Shown one piece after another: positions 38,451-52,915 of a DNA stretch of 64,000 bases (position 1 is the first letter of the stretch; every line of letters begins with the position of its first letter). The notes under the pieces are model-generated. The model searched no databases. It was not told the DNA's origin and was given only the letters and a program-made list of their open reading frames with translations. The stretch spans positions 257,114,001 through 257,178,000 of the forward strand of contig NW_027362765.1 of the NCBI RefSeq assembly GCF_046119375.1. The letters run 5' to 3'. Made by a program: the position numbers and the translations under genes. The DNA is from Phyllobates terribilis. Taxonomy: Eukaryota.

Positions 38451-40717
38451 TCTAACAGTGATTGGCAGCAGCGCAGCAAATCAGTGTTAAGTTTTGTTTG
38501 TGGCTTCTCCCCCGCGCTGACAGCAGAGCTCAGGTAATGAGCCATGCTGTGCTGAGTAACAGTGCTCCTCCTCCACTATGTCACAGGCTGACAGTAAGAA
38601 GCACAGGGAGATGGATGACTGCCTACTACTGTCACACACAGTGTAGGAAAGACAAAGTGTGACACGAAGGGATGAGGGGAAGGGAGTCCAGACACTAGGG
38701 AATGGGGGAAATGGAGACCTCCTAGGCTGATCTGCAATTACCCTGTCTCCCCTACCGTCCCTATATTGGTTCTTAACCAATTGCCGCACAGGAACCTATC
38801 CCTGTATTTCCCTAGCGCTTGGCCCTGGATAGGGAAGGGGGGATGAGGGCTAGTCGATCCCCACTGACAACTAAAGACAGCAAAGGGACACAGATACGGG
38901 GGAAGTAGCTTAGCTTGAGGCGACTTCAGAGAGATGGCACACTCGTCCTCTTAGCACTAGAGAGGAAGTAAGAACTGCACTTGCTCCAACCCTTTGACGC
39001 GCCCAGGGGAATGGGGACGACTCGGCGCCTGGACCTTGTTGTTGCCTGACCTCGGGGGATGTCGCGGTGGTCGGCTCCTGGGCCCGTACCCTGGGGTCAC
39101 TCTTAAAAAGAAGGGGGAAGTTATATGGGATAGGGGAATGTTCGTGACGCCACCTGTGGTGTCTGGTGAGGATCACCAGCGCTGCGACAGTCCTCTGAGG
39201 CCGGTCTTCGGGCAGCTTAGTTGATGCGGCTCCCCACAGGTGGAGCGGGGCCTCAGGGCAGCGTAAGTGTAGGGATGCAGGACAGAGGGGACCCAGTCGG
39301 GACAGAGGAAGAATAGGCACACTCACAACAGTTCACTTCAGTACCTTTGCTGGTGGTGTTTCTGGCACGGTCCAGGGTACTTCAGGGTGAAGGGTACATA
39401 TCAGGACTCTCCCCAGTGAGCGGGTGTGGGGCCTCCTGGTTCTTGCCTTTCCTTGATAAGTTTCTGACCTGCCTGGAGCTAGGCCTAACTTGGTCTCTGT
39501 CTTGCACCTGCTGACCTGGTGGTAGGGCCTTCTGTTGGCGATCACACTCCCTGGTCTCTTGTGCCTCCGTGATTCCTGACCCTGGTATAACAGTCAGCTT
39601 TTGGTGTTCCTGGAACATATAGTTCGCCAGGGGTTCCGGTTATTTCTGCTGGATGTAAGGAATCCCTGCAGACGCGGACCCGGTGTCTGGTAAATGGTTT
39701 TGGGGTGAGCTGGTTAAGCTCCTCTGCCCCCTATGTTGCTTGCTTACTCCACTCGCCTTTGGCCACGCTCGGGGCCCTCACTAGCCTTCACACAGACAGT
39801 AGGCCTCGCTACTCTTCACCGCTATTTTGGCGTCGGCACGCCCTAGGCTCACTAACTCGAGCTCTCTGAGTCTGGACTGACCTGACAACCTCTCTGGCTG
39901 CAGCAGACTTCACACAGACTTCACTCTCTGTGGACTCCAGACTGTGGACTCCAGACTGTAGACTCCAAACTGAACTGCCTAGCTCCACCTTCCCTTTTTA
40001 TATCCCTAAGGGGCTCCCTCTGCTGGTTTGAGGTGGAAGGTGGAGGTGTGTGAATGCTATGAGGGCCTCTTGTGGAGGAATCCGTCCATGCAACCCTCTG
40101 GGATCTGTGGCACCAATGCGCAGCAGGGCGCCACATTCCCCCCTAGCTAAGCTCAGTACTCCCGGACTGAAGTAATTTTTATAACAGATGACAACAATAA
40201 CTCTTCACTTTACGGGAGGCACTTTGCTTGAACGTTACATATAAAACATTAGAGATAATAAATAGATATGTACAATACAATAAGCAACCTCAGAATTCAA
40301 GTCTCTTCCGGTGAGGTCCCCTAACAGGGTGTCCATCTCACAGGTTAAAGTACAAGGTAGCTTGAGGGACCTGTCCAAAGCAAACCCTCAACGTAGGCCC
40401 TGGGGTGGCTGCAGGGCATGGCGATCCTGAGCTGGACCTCCACTTCTGCCACGCCAGACAGGTTTTTGTTCTGAGGTCACCTAAAGGGGCACTCCAGGGA
40501 GTGCAATTATTTACCGCAAATAGTTTTTGGGCTGCACACAGTCCTCAGCCACAAAGTTCTTTATGTACCCTTACGGGTAACTAGAGATAACAAGGGAAGT
40601 GTCCATATCACTTAAATTGTCCATTATAAGGAAAAACACAAGTTAAGGAATTCATACATGAAAATACACAATATAATACCCCAAGGGCAACTATTTACAC
40701 TGTCAGAGTTTCCTTCT

Positions 40718-43700
40718 CTATTCTCTGTATCTGCCAGGGGTCTGACCTCGTGTGCTACGTGTCGACCTACGTGGTACGGGAGTGCGGATGGTATCTGTGT
40801 CTGCACCATCTGCTACCCTGTCACTTCTACGTGTGGGTAGATTGTAAAACTGCCTTAACCTCTCTATGGGACTGGCAAGTGTACCATTGGCTAGGCCTTC
40901 TTGCTCTGCTCCAACCGGGGATCCTTCTTCCGGGGATTCTTCTTGAGGCTCTTCTGAAGCACTTACAGGTTCTACTTGCTGTGGAGGGTCTTCTGGCTGT
41001 TGAAAGAAGTGGATCACAGGTATTATTACTGCTCCTCCTAGTTGAGGCCAATCTGCCGGGAAATCTCCTAAGTCAGTATGGAGTGCTGCTTCTTTAGGCT
41101 CCTCCGGTACGGTCAGAGGCACTTCTTCTTGGGGCTTTAGCAGGTCTGGACACAACTTCAGATGGTCTCTAGATACCGTTGCAGTCGTTATTTCTCCGTC
41201 TTTGCTAATCAAACAGGTCTTCTTGTTATCAAATCTTGAATTTAACACAGTGTAGGGTTCTCTCTCCCACTGGTCATCAAGTTTGTGGTTTCTCCTTTTC
41301 CTCTTTAACACCACTTCTCCTGGTGTGAAGGGTTCTGCTGGCGCACTTTTAATGTAGTGGGCTTCCTGCTTGTCCCTTACCCGAGTGAGACTGTCTTCGA
41401 CACAGGCCTGTACTCTTCTGTACTGCTCCTGTCTGGTCGCGTCCCAGTCCTCAGTGGACATATCTGCTTCTGGTTCTACTACACCCAGCTCCAGGTCCAT
41501 GGGCAACTTTCTGGATCTTGCTCGCATGAGATATGCTGGAGTACAATTGATGGAACTCACAGGTATGTGGTTGTACAGATCTACCAGGTCAGGTAGTAGG
41601 TCTGGCCACTGATTTCTCTCCTCTAGTGGTAAGGTCTTCAGCAGGTTGATGACAATGTTATTCATCTTTTCACAGAGACCGTTGGTTTGGGGGTGGTACA
41701 GTGTAGTCCGGATCTTTTTACACCCGTACAGATGGCAGAACTCCTTGAACAGTTCGGCTTCAAAGGCTGGGCCTTGATCCGTCAGCACCTGCTCCGGGTA
41801 TCCATGGGGCCTGCAGAAGTATGCCTAGAACGTCTTCACCGCAGTTTCTGCCGTCAGATCCTTGACGGGGGCGATCACCAGGAACCGGGAGTAGTGATCC
41901 ACCATGGTCAGGGCATAGGAATATCCTGACCTGCTGGGTGACAGCTTGACATGATCCAGGGCCACGATCTCCAAGGGACGAGTCATCTTGATGGGTTGCA
42001 GGGGTACCTTCTGGCTGCTGTAGTGTTTTCTTCTGAGGCTACAGGGTCCACAATTCCGGCACCACCTCTCAATGGAACTGCGCATTTCTACTCATAAAAC
42101 CAACACTTCAGCAGGGTTTCTAGCTTCTTCCAACCAAAGTGCCCCGCCTGATCGTGGTAGGCTTCCAACACCATCTGGATGACTGTCTTGGACACCACTA
42201 TCTGCCATACCATCTCATGGGTTTTGGGGTTGACTTACCTCCGGCACAGCTTCTCTCTATAGATGAACAGCCGGGCTCTTCTCATTCCACAGCTGCTTGG
42301 CTTGTAGAGACGCGTCCTTCTCCAGGGAGGAACCTTCCTGGGTTATCAGCTCTTTGATACGGCTGACAACCGGGTCGCTGTCCTGGGTCTCCTTCCAGCT
42401 GTGGTGAGGCAGGGGGTTTAACGTCTTTCTGCGATGCCTCCTGGAGGCTCGTTGCTCATGGACCACTCCATTCCGATGAAAGGCAGGTAGTTCAATCTCC
42501 TCCAGGTCATCCACTTCTTCCTCAGTGTCCGACTGGTGAGGCATCCTGGACAGGGCATCGGCGTTGGCGTTCTTGCGGCCCACCCGGTACTTAATAATGA
42601 ATTGGTAGTTTGACAGCCGAGCCATCCATAGTTGCTCCATGGCTCCTAGCTTGGCTTTTCCAGATGAGTCAAGGGGTTATCATCAGTGAAGGCAGTGAAC
42701 TTACTGGAGTCTAGGTAGTGCTTGAACCGCTCGGTGATGGCCCAGACCAGGGTCAGGAACTCCAACTTGAAGCTGCTATAGTTCTCTGGGTTCCTCTCGG
42801 TCGGGCAGAGCTTCCTGCTTGCATAGGCGATCACCTTCTCTCGGCCATTCTGCTTCTGACTTAACACAGCCCCTAATCCCTCGTTGCTGGCATCAGTGTA
42901 CAGCAGGAATGGTTAGCTGTAGTCAGGGTAGGCTAGGATCTCTTCGCCGGTCAGGATCTCCTTCATCGCCTCAAAGGATTCAGCTTGCTCCTTATCCCAC
43001 TGGAACGGGGGGTTTCTGCCTCTCCCGGACTGTCCTACCAGGAGATCTTGCAAAGGCGCCACTTTCTTGTTATAGTCATTCACAAACCTCCGGTAATACC
43101 CGACTAGTCCCAGGAACTGACGTACCTCCTTGAGGCTCTTCGGCTCCGGCCATTTCTGGATGGCAGTGACCTTTTCCGGGTCTGGTGCTACTCCCTCTGG
43201 ACTAACGATGTGCCCCAGGTACTGTACCTTTCGCTTGAGCAGGTGGCACTTTGAGGGCTTCAGCTTCATCCCATACCAGTACAGCGACTCAAATACCTCT
43301 GCCAGGTGCTTCAAATGGTCCTCGTACGTTTTGGAGTACACATTCACGTCATCCAGGTATAGTAGTACAGTCTTGAAGTTGCGGTGTCCCAGGCAGCACT
43401 CCATCAATCTCTGGAACATTCCGGGGGCGTTGCAGAGTCCAAACGGCATACTATTGAAATTGCAGAGTCCCATCGGGGTGGTGAAGGCCGTCTTCTCCTG
43501 ATCCTCCTCAGCAACAGCTACTTGCCAGTACCCACTAGTGAGGTCAAGGGTGGAGAAGTAATTTGCAGACTTCAAGGCAGCCAGGGATTCCTCTATACGT
43601 GGTAAAGGGTATGCATCTTTATGTGTAATGTGATTTACTTGTCTGTAATCTACACACATTCTCATGCTTCCGTCCTTTTTCCTGACTAGAACTAGGGGAG

Positions 43701-44859
43701 CTGCCCAGGGACTACAACTATCCCTCACTACCCCTGCCTTCTTCATGTCATGCAACATCTCTTTCGCCTTCTGGTAGTGTGCTGGTGGTATAGGCCTGTA
43801 ACGTTCTTTGATGGGTGGATGGTCGCCTGTGGAGATATGGTGTTGAACCCCCTTAATCCTCCCAAAGTCAAGTGGGTGCTTACTGAATACCTGCACGTAT
43901 TCCTGAACCACCCGGTGTACACCCTGCTTCTGATGGGCAGGAGTGGTGTCTGTCTTAACATGAAGCTGTTGACACCAATCCTCCACCTGGGTTGCCGGGT
44001 CGTTATCCTCTACTTCGTCTGGTGAGGTTAAGGACTCCACCGTGTGTATGGAGTTGTTATTTACTGTGTACAGCTTGGCAACAGTGGCATAGCGTGGTAA
44101 TCTAACCTCGTCCTCCCCATAGTTTAGGAGGCGTACGGGCACCCTCCCATTGCGTACATCTACTACCCCTCTGGCAGTCAGGAGTGTAGGTCTATGTTCC
44201 GAGTTAAGGGGCTCTACTACCGTCTGGTAGCTCCATCCTTTGAGACCTATTGCTGCTCTACACCAAATCAGCATTTCACTCATCGGGGGAATCACAATGG
44301 GTACCGGGTCTGTCACCCGCACATTACCAATTTCACCGCCTGTTAGCTTTACCTGTTGCTGGTACATACATAAGGGCTCGGATCTCTTTCTGGAGCGCCC
44401 TTCTCTGCCCTGATCTGGCAGTGTCAGCTATCTGTTGGAGCAAGAACTCCACTTCTCCCAAACAGTTACTAACAATATTTGTGCCAAGTACCATATACAA
44501 GTCTGTATCATCAGGATTAGTCTCTGCTACAATTAGTCCCTGGTCCTTCAGTTCCACTCTTCCCACCTTTACTGCCACATCCTTAACCCTGACTAGGTTA
44601 AGGGGGAGGCGTTTGAGGCATACACGGAAAGATTTGGATCTGGTGGGTGAAGTTAGTCTAAGGACCAGAACCTTTTGTAGAGGACATCAGGCATAATGGT
44701 TACCTGAGATCCTGTGTCCAGCAGAGCAGGTGTCGCGATGCCGTCCAGCACGATGGACAGGAAAGGTCTTCCTCCCACGAACCTGCGGTACCAGTTTGAT
44801 GGGCCTGAGGGGTCTACTCCTGGGTATCGGCCCTCGGCCCCAGGGTTTGTTCGTTTAAA
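40718..44859 (-). pseudogene. pol: Gypsy Pol (PR, RT, RNase H, integrase), disrupted
   Basis: Contains LLDTGSQ, YLDD, YTDAS...IAYASR, GHFG...C..C, LDHV, TDQG and NGLCEKMN. It is entered by a -1 frame at the slippery heptamer TTTAAAC (44853-44859). There is an in-frame stop at ~44654 and several frameshifts. Confidence 0.95.
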
Positions 44860-45752
44860 GGACAGCTCCGGATGGCGTGACCTGTCTTGTGGCAGCGGTG
44901 GCAGACAGGGTCCTTCGGCGGGCGGCTTTGGTCACTGGTCCTCCCAGGGGGTGGCGTTGTCCTCCTTCTCCTTCTCATCCAGGGGACATCCTCAGGGCTG
45001 TCGGCTAGCAGGATCCTCCCTTCCTCCTCGGGCTCTGTCCGGTGCTGCAGGGCACTCAGTACAGTGGTCAGGGTTTTGCTCAACTGACGCACTTCCGAGC
45101 GCAGGCTGTCCAGCTCACTAGGGAACGTTGCTTGCACCTTGGCTTCAGCAGCCACCGGGGAAAAGGTGGACGCTGCGGGCACTGGGGTGGCCCCACCCTG
45201 GTAAAATTGGATAGCAGTTGTTTCCAGGGGCTGCAGTCCTTTTATAGCCATGTCCTTAAGGGTGTCAAAGGTGGCATCTGGGTGATCCAGGGACCACCAA
45301 TGCACAGTCCTGCTCTTCTCTTGAGACCTCAGTCCCCGGATAAACTGTTCCTTCAGCATTCTATTTTCATTATCCATGCTGGTTGGACTAACCTGTTTCA
45401 GAGCTCGCAGGGCCCCTTGTAAATGCCAGGCATAGTCCCGAACACTGTCCTCTGGTTGCTGAGAGCAGTTGTAGAACCTCATCCGGAGGTCTGTCTCAGT
45501 ACGATTCTCAAAGACAGTCTGTAACTTTTTAAAGATTGCGGACACTGACTCCTGGCCTGCGGCCGACCAGGTCTCTACTTCTCGCTCCGCAGCACCAGTC
45601 AATTGTCCTAATACAACAGCGGCTCTTTGCTTGCCTGTCATAGAGTACATGTCCAGTATACCGCATATTTTCCTTTTGAATCCAGACAGGGTATCTGGTT
45701 TGCCGCTGTACTGGGGGATCCACTTCGCTCCAGGGATGTACGATAGGGCCAT
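44814..45752 (-). CDS. gag: Gypsy Gag (PNMA-like capsid plus CCHC zinc knuckle)
   Basis: 312-aa ORF with C-terminal CHRCHKTGHAIRSC (CX2CX4HX4C). Confidence 0.9.
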   Translation of the reverse strand: MALSYIPGAKWIPQYSGKPDTLSGFKRKICGILDMYSMTGKQRAAVVLGQLTGAAEREVETWSAAGQESVSAIFKKLQTVFENRTETDLRMRFYNCSQQPEDSVRDYAWHLQGALRALKQVSPTSMDNENRMLKEQFIRGLRSQEKSRTVHWWSLDHPDATFDTLKDMAIKGLQPLETTAIQFYQGGATPVPAASTFSPVAAEAKVQATFPSELDSLRSEVRQLSKTLTTVLSALQHRTEPEEEGRILLADSPEDVPWMRRRRRTTPPPGRTSDQSRPPKDPVCHRCHKTGHAIRSCPLNEQTLGPRADTQE

Positions 45753-46236
45753 GGGTATGACAGGGGTTACAAGCCCTGCTGGTGGAGCGGCTGTTTCGGC
45801 CTGCTCGGCGCCGAGCCGGGTTGAACATCAGGGTCGTTAACCGGTATTCCGGCGTTGTGCTGTTCTTCGGACATTCTGGCGCCCCCCTAACGAACCGTGG
45901 CCTACCTTCTCTTCTTTACTTCCGGTAGGCCGTAGCTCCGCAGGTGACGGTCTTCCTTCCGGACCTTGCGTCGCTTGCGTCCTATGTCAGAGCGTTCACC
46001 GGGGCTCCTTCCAGGACCTGGCGCTTCCTGGTTTGATGTCAAGGTGTGGGGCGTGTTCGGGGCTTCACGCGAATCAGCAGCTACACCTCTCAGTTTCCCG
46101 CGGTTACACCCTTCTTCCCGCTCGGCGGCACAACAATGGCGGCGATCTTCGCCACAGCTATATACACAGTTCTGATTAAAGGCGCACAGTACCCGGTGGC
46201 AACAGGCACAACACTCCGTCATTGCAGCGGGCACGG

Positions 46237-46255
46237 AATCCTGTTCGTGACGCCA
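46237..46255 (-). promoter_or_regulatory. Gypsy primer-binding site, tRNA-Ser (CGA-type)
   Basis: TGGCGTCACGAACAGGATT is complementary to ...AATCCTGTTCGTGACG-CCA, the vertebrate tRNA-Ser(CGA) 3' end as I recall it. Confidence 0.85.
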
Positions 46256-47799
46256 GGAAGAGATGACGCGCCCAGGGGAATAGGGACGACTCGGCGCCCG
46301 GACCTTGTTGTTGCCTGACCTCGGGGGATGTCGCTGTGGTCGGCTCCCGGGCCTGTACCCTGGGGTCACTCTTAAAAAGAAGATGGAAGTTATATGGGAT
46401 AGGGGAATGTTCGTGACGCCACCTGTGGTGTCTGGTGAGGATCACCAGCGCTGCGACAGTCCTCTGAGGCCGGTCTTCTGGCAGCTTAGTTGATGCTGCT
46501 CCCCACAGGTGGAGCGGGGCCTCAGGGCAGCGTAATTGTAGGGATGCAGGACAGAGGGGACCCAGTCGGGACAGAGGAAGAATAGGCACACTCACAACAG
46601 TTCACTTCAGTACCTTTACTGGTGGTGTTTCTGGCACGGTCCAGGGTACTTCAGGGTGAAGGGTGCATATTAGGACTCTCCCCAGTGAGCGGGTGTGGGA
46701 CCTCCTGTTTCTTGCCTTTCCTTGATAAGTTTCTGACATGCCTGGAGCTAGGCCTAACTTGGTCTCTGTCTTGCACCTGCTTACCTGGTGGTAGGGCCTT
46801 CTGTTGGAGATCACACTCCCTGGTCTCTTGGGCCTCCGTGATTCCTGACCCTGGTATAACAGTCAGCTTTTGGTGTGCCTGGGACATATAGTTCGCCAGG
46901 GGTTCCGGTTATTTCTGCTGGATGTAAGGAATCCCTGCAGACGCGGACCCGGTGTCCGGGAAATGGTTTTGGGGTGAGCTGGTTAAGCTCCTCTGCCCCC
47001 TATGTTGCTTGCTTACTCCACTTGCCTTCGGCCACGCTCGGGGCCCTCACTAGCCTTCACACTGGCAGTAGGCCTCACTACTCTTCACCGCTATTTTGGC
47101 GTCGGCACGCCCTAGGCTCACTAACTCGAGCCCTCTGAGTCTGGACTGACCTGATAACCTCTCTGGCTGCAGCAGACTTCACACAAACTTCACTCACTGT
47201 GGACTCCAGACTGTGGACTCCAGACTGTAGACTCCAGACTGAACTGCCTAGCTCTACCTTCCCTTTTTATATCCCTAACGGGCTCCCTCTGCTGGTCTGA
47301 GGTGGAAGGTGGAGGTGTGTGAATGCTATGAGGGCCTCTTGTGGAGGAATCCATCCATGCACCCCTCTGGGATCTGTGGCACCAATGCGCAGCAGGGCGC
47401 CACACCTTCACAAGGTCATAAGGGATCATGTGAATATCACCGGCACCTCCCTCTAGCAACAGTCAGTATTTAAACACCCAGCCTGGGTGTCAATTAGCCA
47501 GAGGCAGGTAGTCGCTGGGTCCTAGAGTGAGACAGCTAAGAAGGTGCCTGTAATTCCAAACAAAGAGATCTTCGGCAACCAACTGCAGGGCGACTGTCTG
47601 TCACTTCTGACACACCCGTGACAGCTACATCACTCACCAAAGGTTAGATATATGTAGCTGAGCTTGATTATCACCAATAGTGAGCCCTTGCCAACACAAA
47701 CAGTGGGTATCATAGGCGGCTTTACTCACTGGTGATAAAGGGTGAGTGGGCTCAGTCACTAAGGGAGGATTTCCCTCATTTTTTTGTTTCACCCCTGAC

Positions 47800-48410
47800 T
47801 GATCCTCCCCTGTATCACCCCTTATTGAGCCTCCTTTGTATCACCCCTGACTGACTGAGCCTCCCCTGTATCACCCCTGACTGACTGAGCCTCCCCTGTA
47901 TCACCCCTGACTGACTGAGCCTCCCCTTTATCACCCTTGACTGAGCTCCCCTGTATCACCCGTGACTAAGCCTCCCCTGTATCACGCCTGACTGACTGAC
48001 CATCCCCTGTATCACCCCTGACTGAGCCTCCCCTGTATCACCCCTTGCTGAGCCCACCAAGTACCACCCCTGACTGATAAAATGTCCCCATTTTGGTATA
48101 ATATCCCCATCCAGGGCCCATGCTATAATCATGTCCACTTCCTGGTATAATGTCCGCTATCCTGGTTTAATGTTACCCATCCTGGTATATTATCCCAATT
48201 CTGGTATATTGTCCCCATCCTAATATAATGTCCCCAGCCTGGTATGTTATCCCTCATTTTGACATAATGTCCTCCATCCTGATATAATGTCACATCTTGA
48301 TATAATGTCCGCCATCCTGATATAATGTCCGCCATCCTGGTATAATGTCCCCCATCCTGGTATAATGTCCTCCATCCTGGTATAATGTCTGCCATTCTGG
48401 TTTAATGTTT
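47800..48410. repeat. Two adjacent minisatellites (~30 bp CCTCCCCTGTATCACCCCTGACTGACTGAG; ~20 bp TATAATGTCC.CCATCCTGG), probably the interior of a MITE
   Basis: Directly visible at 47800-48050 and 48090-48410. Confidence 0.8.
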
Positions 48411-49618
48411 CCCCAGCTGGGAGCTGACTTCTGTGGCCCGCCAAGGTCCACTCACGACGTCACTGCCATGTGCAACCCATCATTGGCAAGCTGACATATG
48501 CTGCCAGCCTCTGATTGGCCGGCAGAGTATATTGCAGTGCAGGGAGCCGGCGGGTCTCTGCGTCACAATACATTTCAAAAGAATGTGCATCAGAGGATGT
48601 ACATCCAGGTGAAATTGGTGTCGGTGGAACACGCTCAAGCATGGGTCTGGTTCCGGTTGCACCCTCTATGACCGTGATCATTACGCCCCTGCTTGTTTTG
48701 TATGTTTTATTATAACAGTAACAGTAACAGTATTGCAGTATATAGTGGAGATAATGATCTCATAAGAATCCAGCTTAATGCTGGACTTCACAGGAGTATC
48801 AAGATGGGGGCTCACAGCTGAATGGTAACCATACAGGCACATGCCCGCTGTATGTTGCGTGTGAAGTGGGCTCCACTTCTGAGCCAACTCCACTCATGCA
48901 GTTCCTGCTGTGGACGTTCTGGTACTGTATGTTCATCTGTGCCAAGGGATTAATATTTTGAATTGATTTTATGCATATGCATGTGGAGAAGAGTGCCCTT
49001 ATCCTGGCACTGGCGGTCTTAAAAAAGGCACGGAACAAATGCATTTATATTAAAACTATTTTTACATGCATGAAAAGTTGCAATTTGTACAAAATTATAT
49101 AACTATGCAACATTTGACACACTGGACGCCAGCTCTTTTTTTAACATCGAGAAGTGTGCTACCATGCTTACAATGTTGTGTTAAATAATTTGCACCAAAT
49201 TTATCATTAGGGGTAAAATTTGCTAAATATGTGGAGTTGAAGTGAGTACACTTTGGCTCAAATTTTGCCATTTTTGATAAATGTGAACCATTGTGTTTTT
49301 ATGTTACACCACAATATTAGCACATTTTATCTCAGGAATGATTTTTTCTGGTGGGCCCAAGTCACACCAGTCCGATGCTGTATACTGCTATACTAATATT
49401 AATAATAACAATGTACATATTCTACCTACTAAAAAGATCACATAATTAACAATTAGATGTGTGAAAGGGGCCTAATACTGAGCAATCTAGTTTGTTTCTA
49501 GTATTCCTGTGTCTGGGATCCCCTGCAAAATAGGGCAAAAGGTCCATTGCCGTTTTCCTAAAAACGACCCTGCTTATTGGACACTGAGATGTATCAATGG
49601 CTGTTTCTGAGTATGTAA

Positions 49619-50057
49619 GGCTATGTTCACACACGTTGTGTTTTGCTGCGGACTTTGTAGAAGATTTTTATGCAAATTTTCAGCTGCGTCTAGCAGTACC
49701 AGCAAAGTGTATGAGAAACCAGAATTCTCTGTTCACATATGTTGCTTTTTGTTTGCTGCATCTTTCCTGCCTTGCCTGCATTTTTGGAAAATAGAGCATG
49801 TCACGTCTTTCAGCATTTTTTCAGCGTTTTTCACCCATAGAAAGTAATGGGTGGTGAAAAGAATGCTGAAAAAACTAAGCTAAATTTTTTTCAGTGTTTT
49901 TTCAGTGTTTTTGATTGCAAAATATTGGTTCTATTTTGTGATTACCCTCTTGTCTTGGTCACTGAGATGGTTGTTTGCATTGGTACAGTGTAAACATTCT
50001 CTGACCTACTTGTGAGGTTGAACAATACCTGTGTCTCAGTGAGGTGTGAACATAGCC
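49619..50057. mobile_element. PIF/Harbinger-type MITE
   Basis: Perfect 14-bp TIRs GGCTATGTTCACAC / GTGTGAACATAGCC, with flanks TAA / TAC. Confidence 0.75.
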
Positions 50058-52915
50058 TACATGACTTTTCTTGATCTGATTTGGGCTGCATTGTTGCATT
50101 GAAGTCCGTATAAAGTCTTATTTTTCATGAATATTGTAAAGAGCAGCATAACGTATGAGGTTTCAGAAAATAGATTGCCTCTCATTAAATGTAATGGCAG
50201 CATTATCATCTTATAGATGCTATAACAGGCCCTTATTAGAACTCAGTAGGACAGACTGCAAATGGTTCTGTCTTTTTCAGCATAGCTTTCATTTGTGCTC
50301 TACATTTTCCAATTACCTTCTACTGTTTTTAGTGGTATCAAAGCACATTCCCTTTCATTAATTCTCTGGTCTTTTAATTGCTTTAGGGATAATTATGAAA
50401 AATGTCATAACGTGTTTTGCACACAAAGCCAGAAGCTTACTGTACACCTTATCTGTCTGTGCGGCAATGCCTCAGGAGGAAGACACAATGAATTATGTAG
50501 TGTAGATTTGAAAGTACTAATTAATCAGAAAGCTAGACCCCAGGAAGAGAGGAAGGAACAAGCAAAACTGTGGAATGGGCATCCTGCCTCCTTACTCCAA
50601 TGTGGCAGGTCATAAAAACTAATCCTTGCATTACTCAAAACATGCAAAAAAGACAAGATCTAGAGATATGATACTCTTTCATAACAGCACAAAAGTGCCC
50701 AAAAAAATAACTAACACCATTTATTATGTACTCTCACAGTAAACACACGAGTGAGGAATTGGAATTACATATAAAATGTAAAACATGGCAGATTATTTAC
50801 AAATTCCTAAGGCCAATTTCTTATAGTTATGTCCATACTGAAGAATTCCCTTGTGGGCTATTTTCTTCATACTGCCAAGAGAGAAAATATGACATTTACA
50901 AGACTAGAACCTCCCATTTTAGACTATTAGTTTCAGTAGATCTCCCGCATTAAACATAAGTATTTCCCATACATCATCACTACACAAGTGCACACTGAGA
51001 ATTAATATACTTCCAACTTTACTGTACCCTCTGAAATATATAAGCATTGTGCTGATCTATACCGTGTACGGTAGGTACCCTGTTTATGGTTGTCAACTGC
51101 CCAGCCACTCCTCTCCTCTCCTATCCCTTTGGTCCTTTCCCTTTCCTTTTCAGTCTCTTTCCTTTCCCTTTCTGTCATGTCCCATGATTTGGAAGTCATA
51201 CAGACAGTATTGTATTATCATTGTGACGCGCCCCCTGGGACATATTCCTTTTTGAGGGGAATACCCGGCACCGGATCAGATGGGGGGTTGTAGTCTCCGA
51301 GCGGCTGTGACCCGGCCCCGTGCCCAGGGCGTCAAGCTCAGTGTTATGTGGCAGTCCTACAGATGTTATTAAGAGTTCTTTTGTGTCGACTACGCCACCC
51401 GTTGTGATGCGGTCACTGTGGCCGCCGCTGCAGCAGGGTCCGCTGAGGCTGATGGTGGATGCGCAGCTTGGTGGGATAACCCCCAACGGGAGGGGTATAG
51501 CCTCAGAGGGGACAGGCGCAGAGGATGGGGGTTGTGGTGGTGCGGTGCAGCCGGCAGTGAAGACAGAGTCGGGTTGTGCAGTTAAGGGTGTTTACTTACT
51601 GCAGATGTTGTACTGGTCACTCCAGCTGCTAGTGACCACCCGAGCCGTGCTGCGTCCACCAGGTCCTGGATCCAGCCAACCCCCAAACAAGTCCGGAGCG
51701 TGGCCCTGAGCTCTCCCTCTGTCCTTTCTTCAGCCGTCCCCACCAGTGATTCACCTAGGTCCAGCTCCCTCGGGCCTTCTGTTGGGACACCCTTGGCCCT
51801 GGGTTCCCTGACCCTTCATGTGGTGTGCCTTCGGGGTGAATATGGTGGGTGACCGTGGCAAACGCTGCCCACGATCTCCGGTCTCTGGCTAGGGATTGTT
51901 TTTGCCCCCACCAGCTTGGGTTCCGGTACCCTGATGCTGACTCCTCACCCGGTGCTCTAATTTGGGTTCTTGGGTCCCTTCAGTCTTCCCCCTCTGGGTC
52001 TTTCTCTGCTCCACTCTCTCTCTCTCCAGGGCTGCTGTTTCCTTCTCTCTCCTCTCCAACTCACTTTCTGCGTCTGAACTTGTCCTCTGCAGCTGACTGA
52101 CCCTGATCTAAGTTGGTGCCCTCCTTATATATCCCTCTATGTGTGAGCTCAGGTGACCAGCACCCAATGAGCTCCTATCACTACCCAGACTGCTCCCCCT
52201 ATCTGCCCCTACACTACATGGGATGTACCACCCCCCTCCCACTCCAGCCAGGAACAGGCTCGGTTGTACCTGCACATTTCTAAGTGGGAGTACCGTCGGC
52301 CTGCTCCTCTGAAATGGGATGTATGTAGTGCATGCAGTCTATCTGAGCTCAGTTCCACACTCCATCCTTACCCGGGAGTGGAATATCACACCTCTGGGTT
52401 GAGGTGCAATACCCCTGTAGCAGCCGAACCCTCAGGGTGCTACATTCCCCCCTGGTAAACCACAGCACGTCCTCGGGCTGTAAAGACATAAAACACCAAA
52501 ACATACAATTTTTTTTTTTTTTTTTCATATAAACATATAAAACATATAAAACATTATATATATAAAACTTTTTTATATAAACATTCTCGTAGACTTCTCT
52601 TGTCTCTGGTTCCTCCTCCGGACACTGTGCAACGTGTGTCCGGGAAAAGTGCGACAGTCTCTTAGAAAAACTGGTTTTCTATAAAACCGGTAGGGGGCGC
52701 TTTAGGAAGCGCAACTATATACAGGGAGAAGTTGGAAGTTGGCCGCTCTCAGTCCTCGGCCAGGTAGAGGGAAGGGAATGGCTGCTCACAGTCCTCAGCC
52801 TGTAGGATAAAGGGGTTAACGGGTAAACAGTTCACTGGTCCCAACGGGGACTATTTTAGCTCTAACGGTTCACTGTGCCCCGACGGGCAACTATATACAG
52901 TCTCTACTCCCGTCC

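Larger units (their letters stand above)
38995..47404 (-). mobile_element. Full-length, defective Ty3/Gypsy LTR retrotransposon (8410 bp), TSD CCTT
   Basis: 1141-bp LTRs at 46264-47404 (5') and 38995-40135 (3'), a few percent divergent by eye. PBS at 46237-46255 and PPT at 40136-40146. Domain order gag-PR-RT-RH-INT. Confidence 0.97.
38630..47623. mobile_element. Solo LTR (38630-38994 plus 47405-47623) split by the Gypsy insertion
   Basis: TGTCAC...GTGACA termini. Flanks ACTAC / GCTAC are a 4-of-5 match to a 5-bp TSD. Homologous to 23838-24479 in the opposite orientation. Confidence 0.75.
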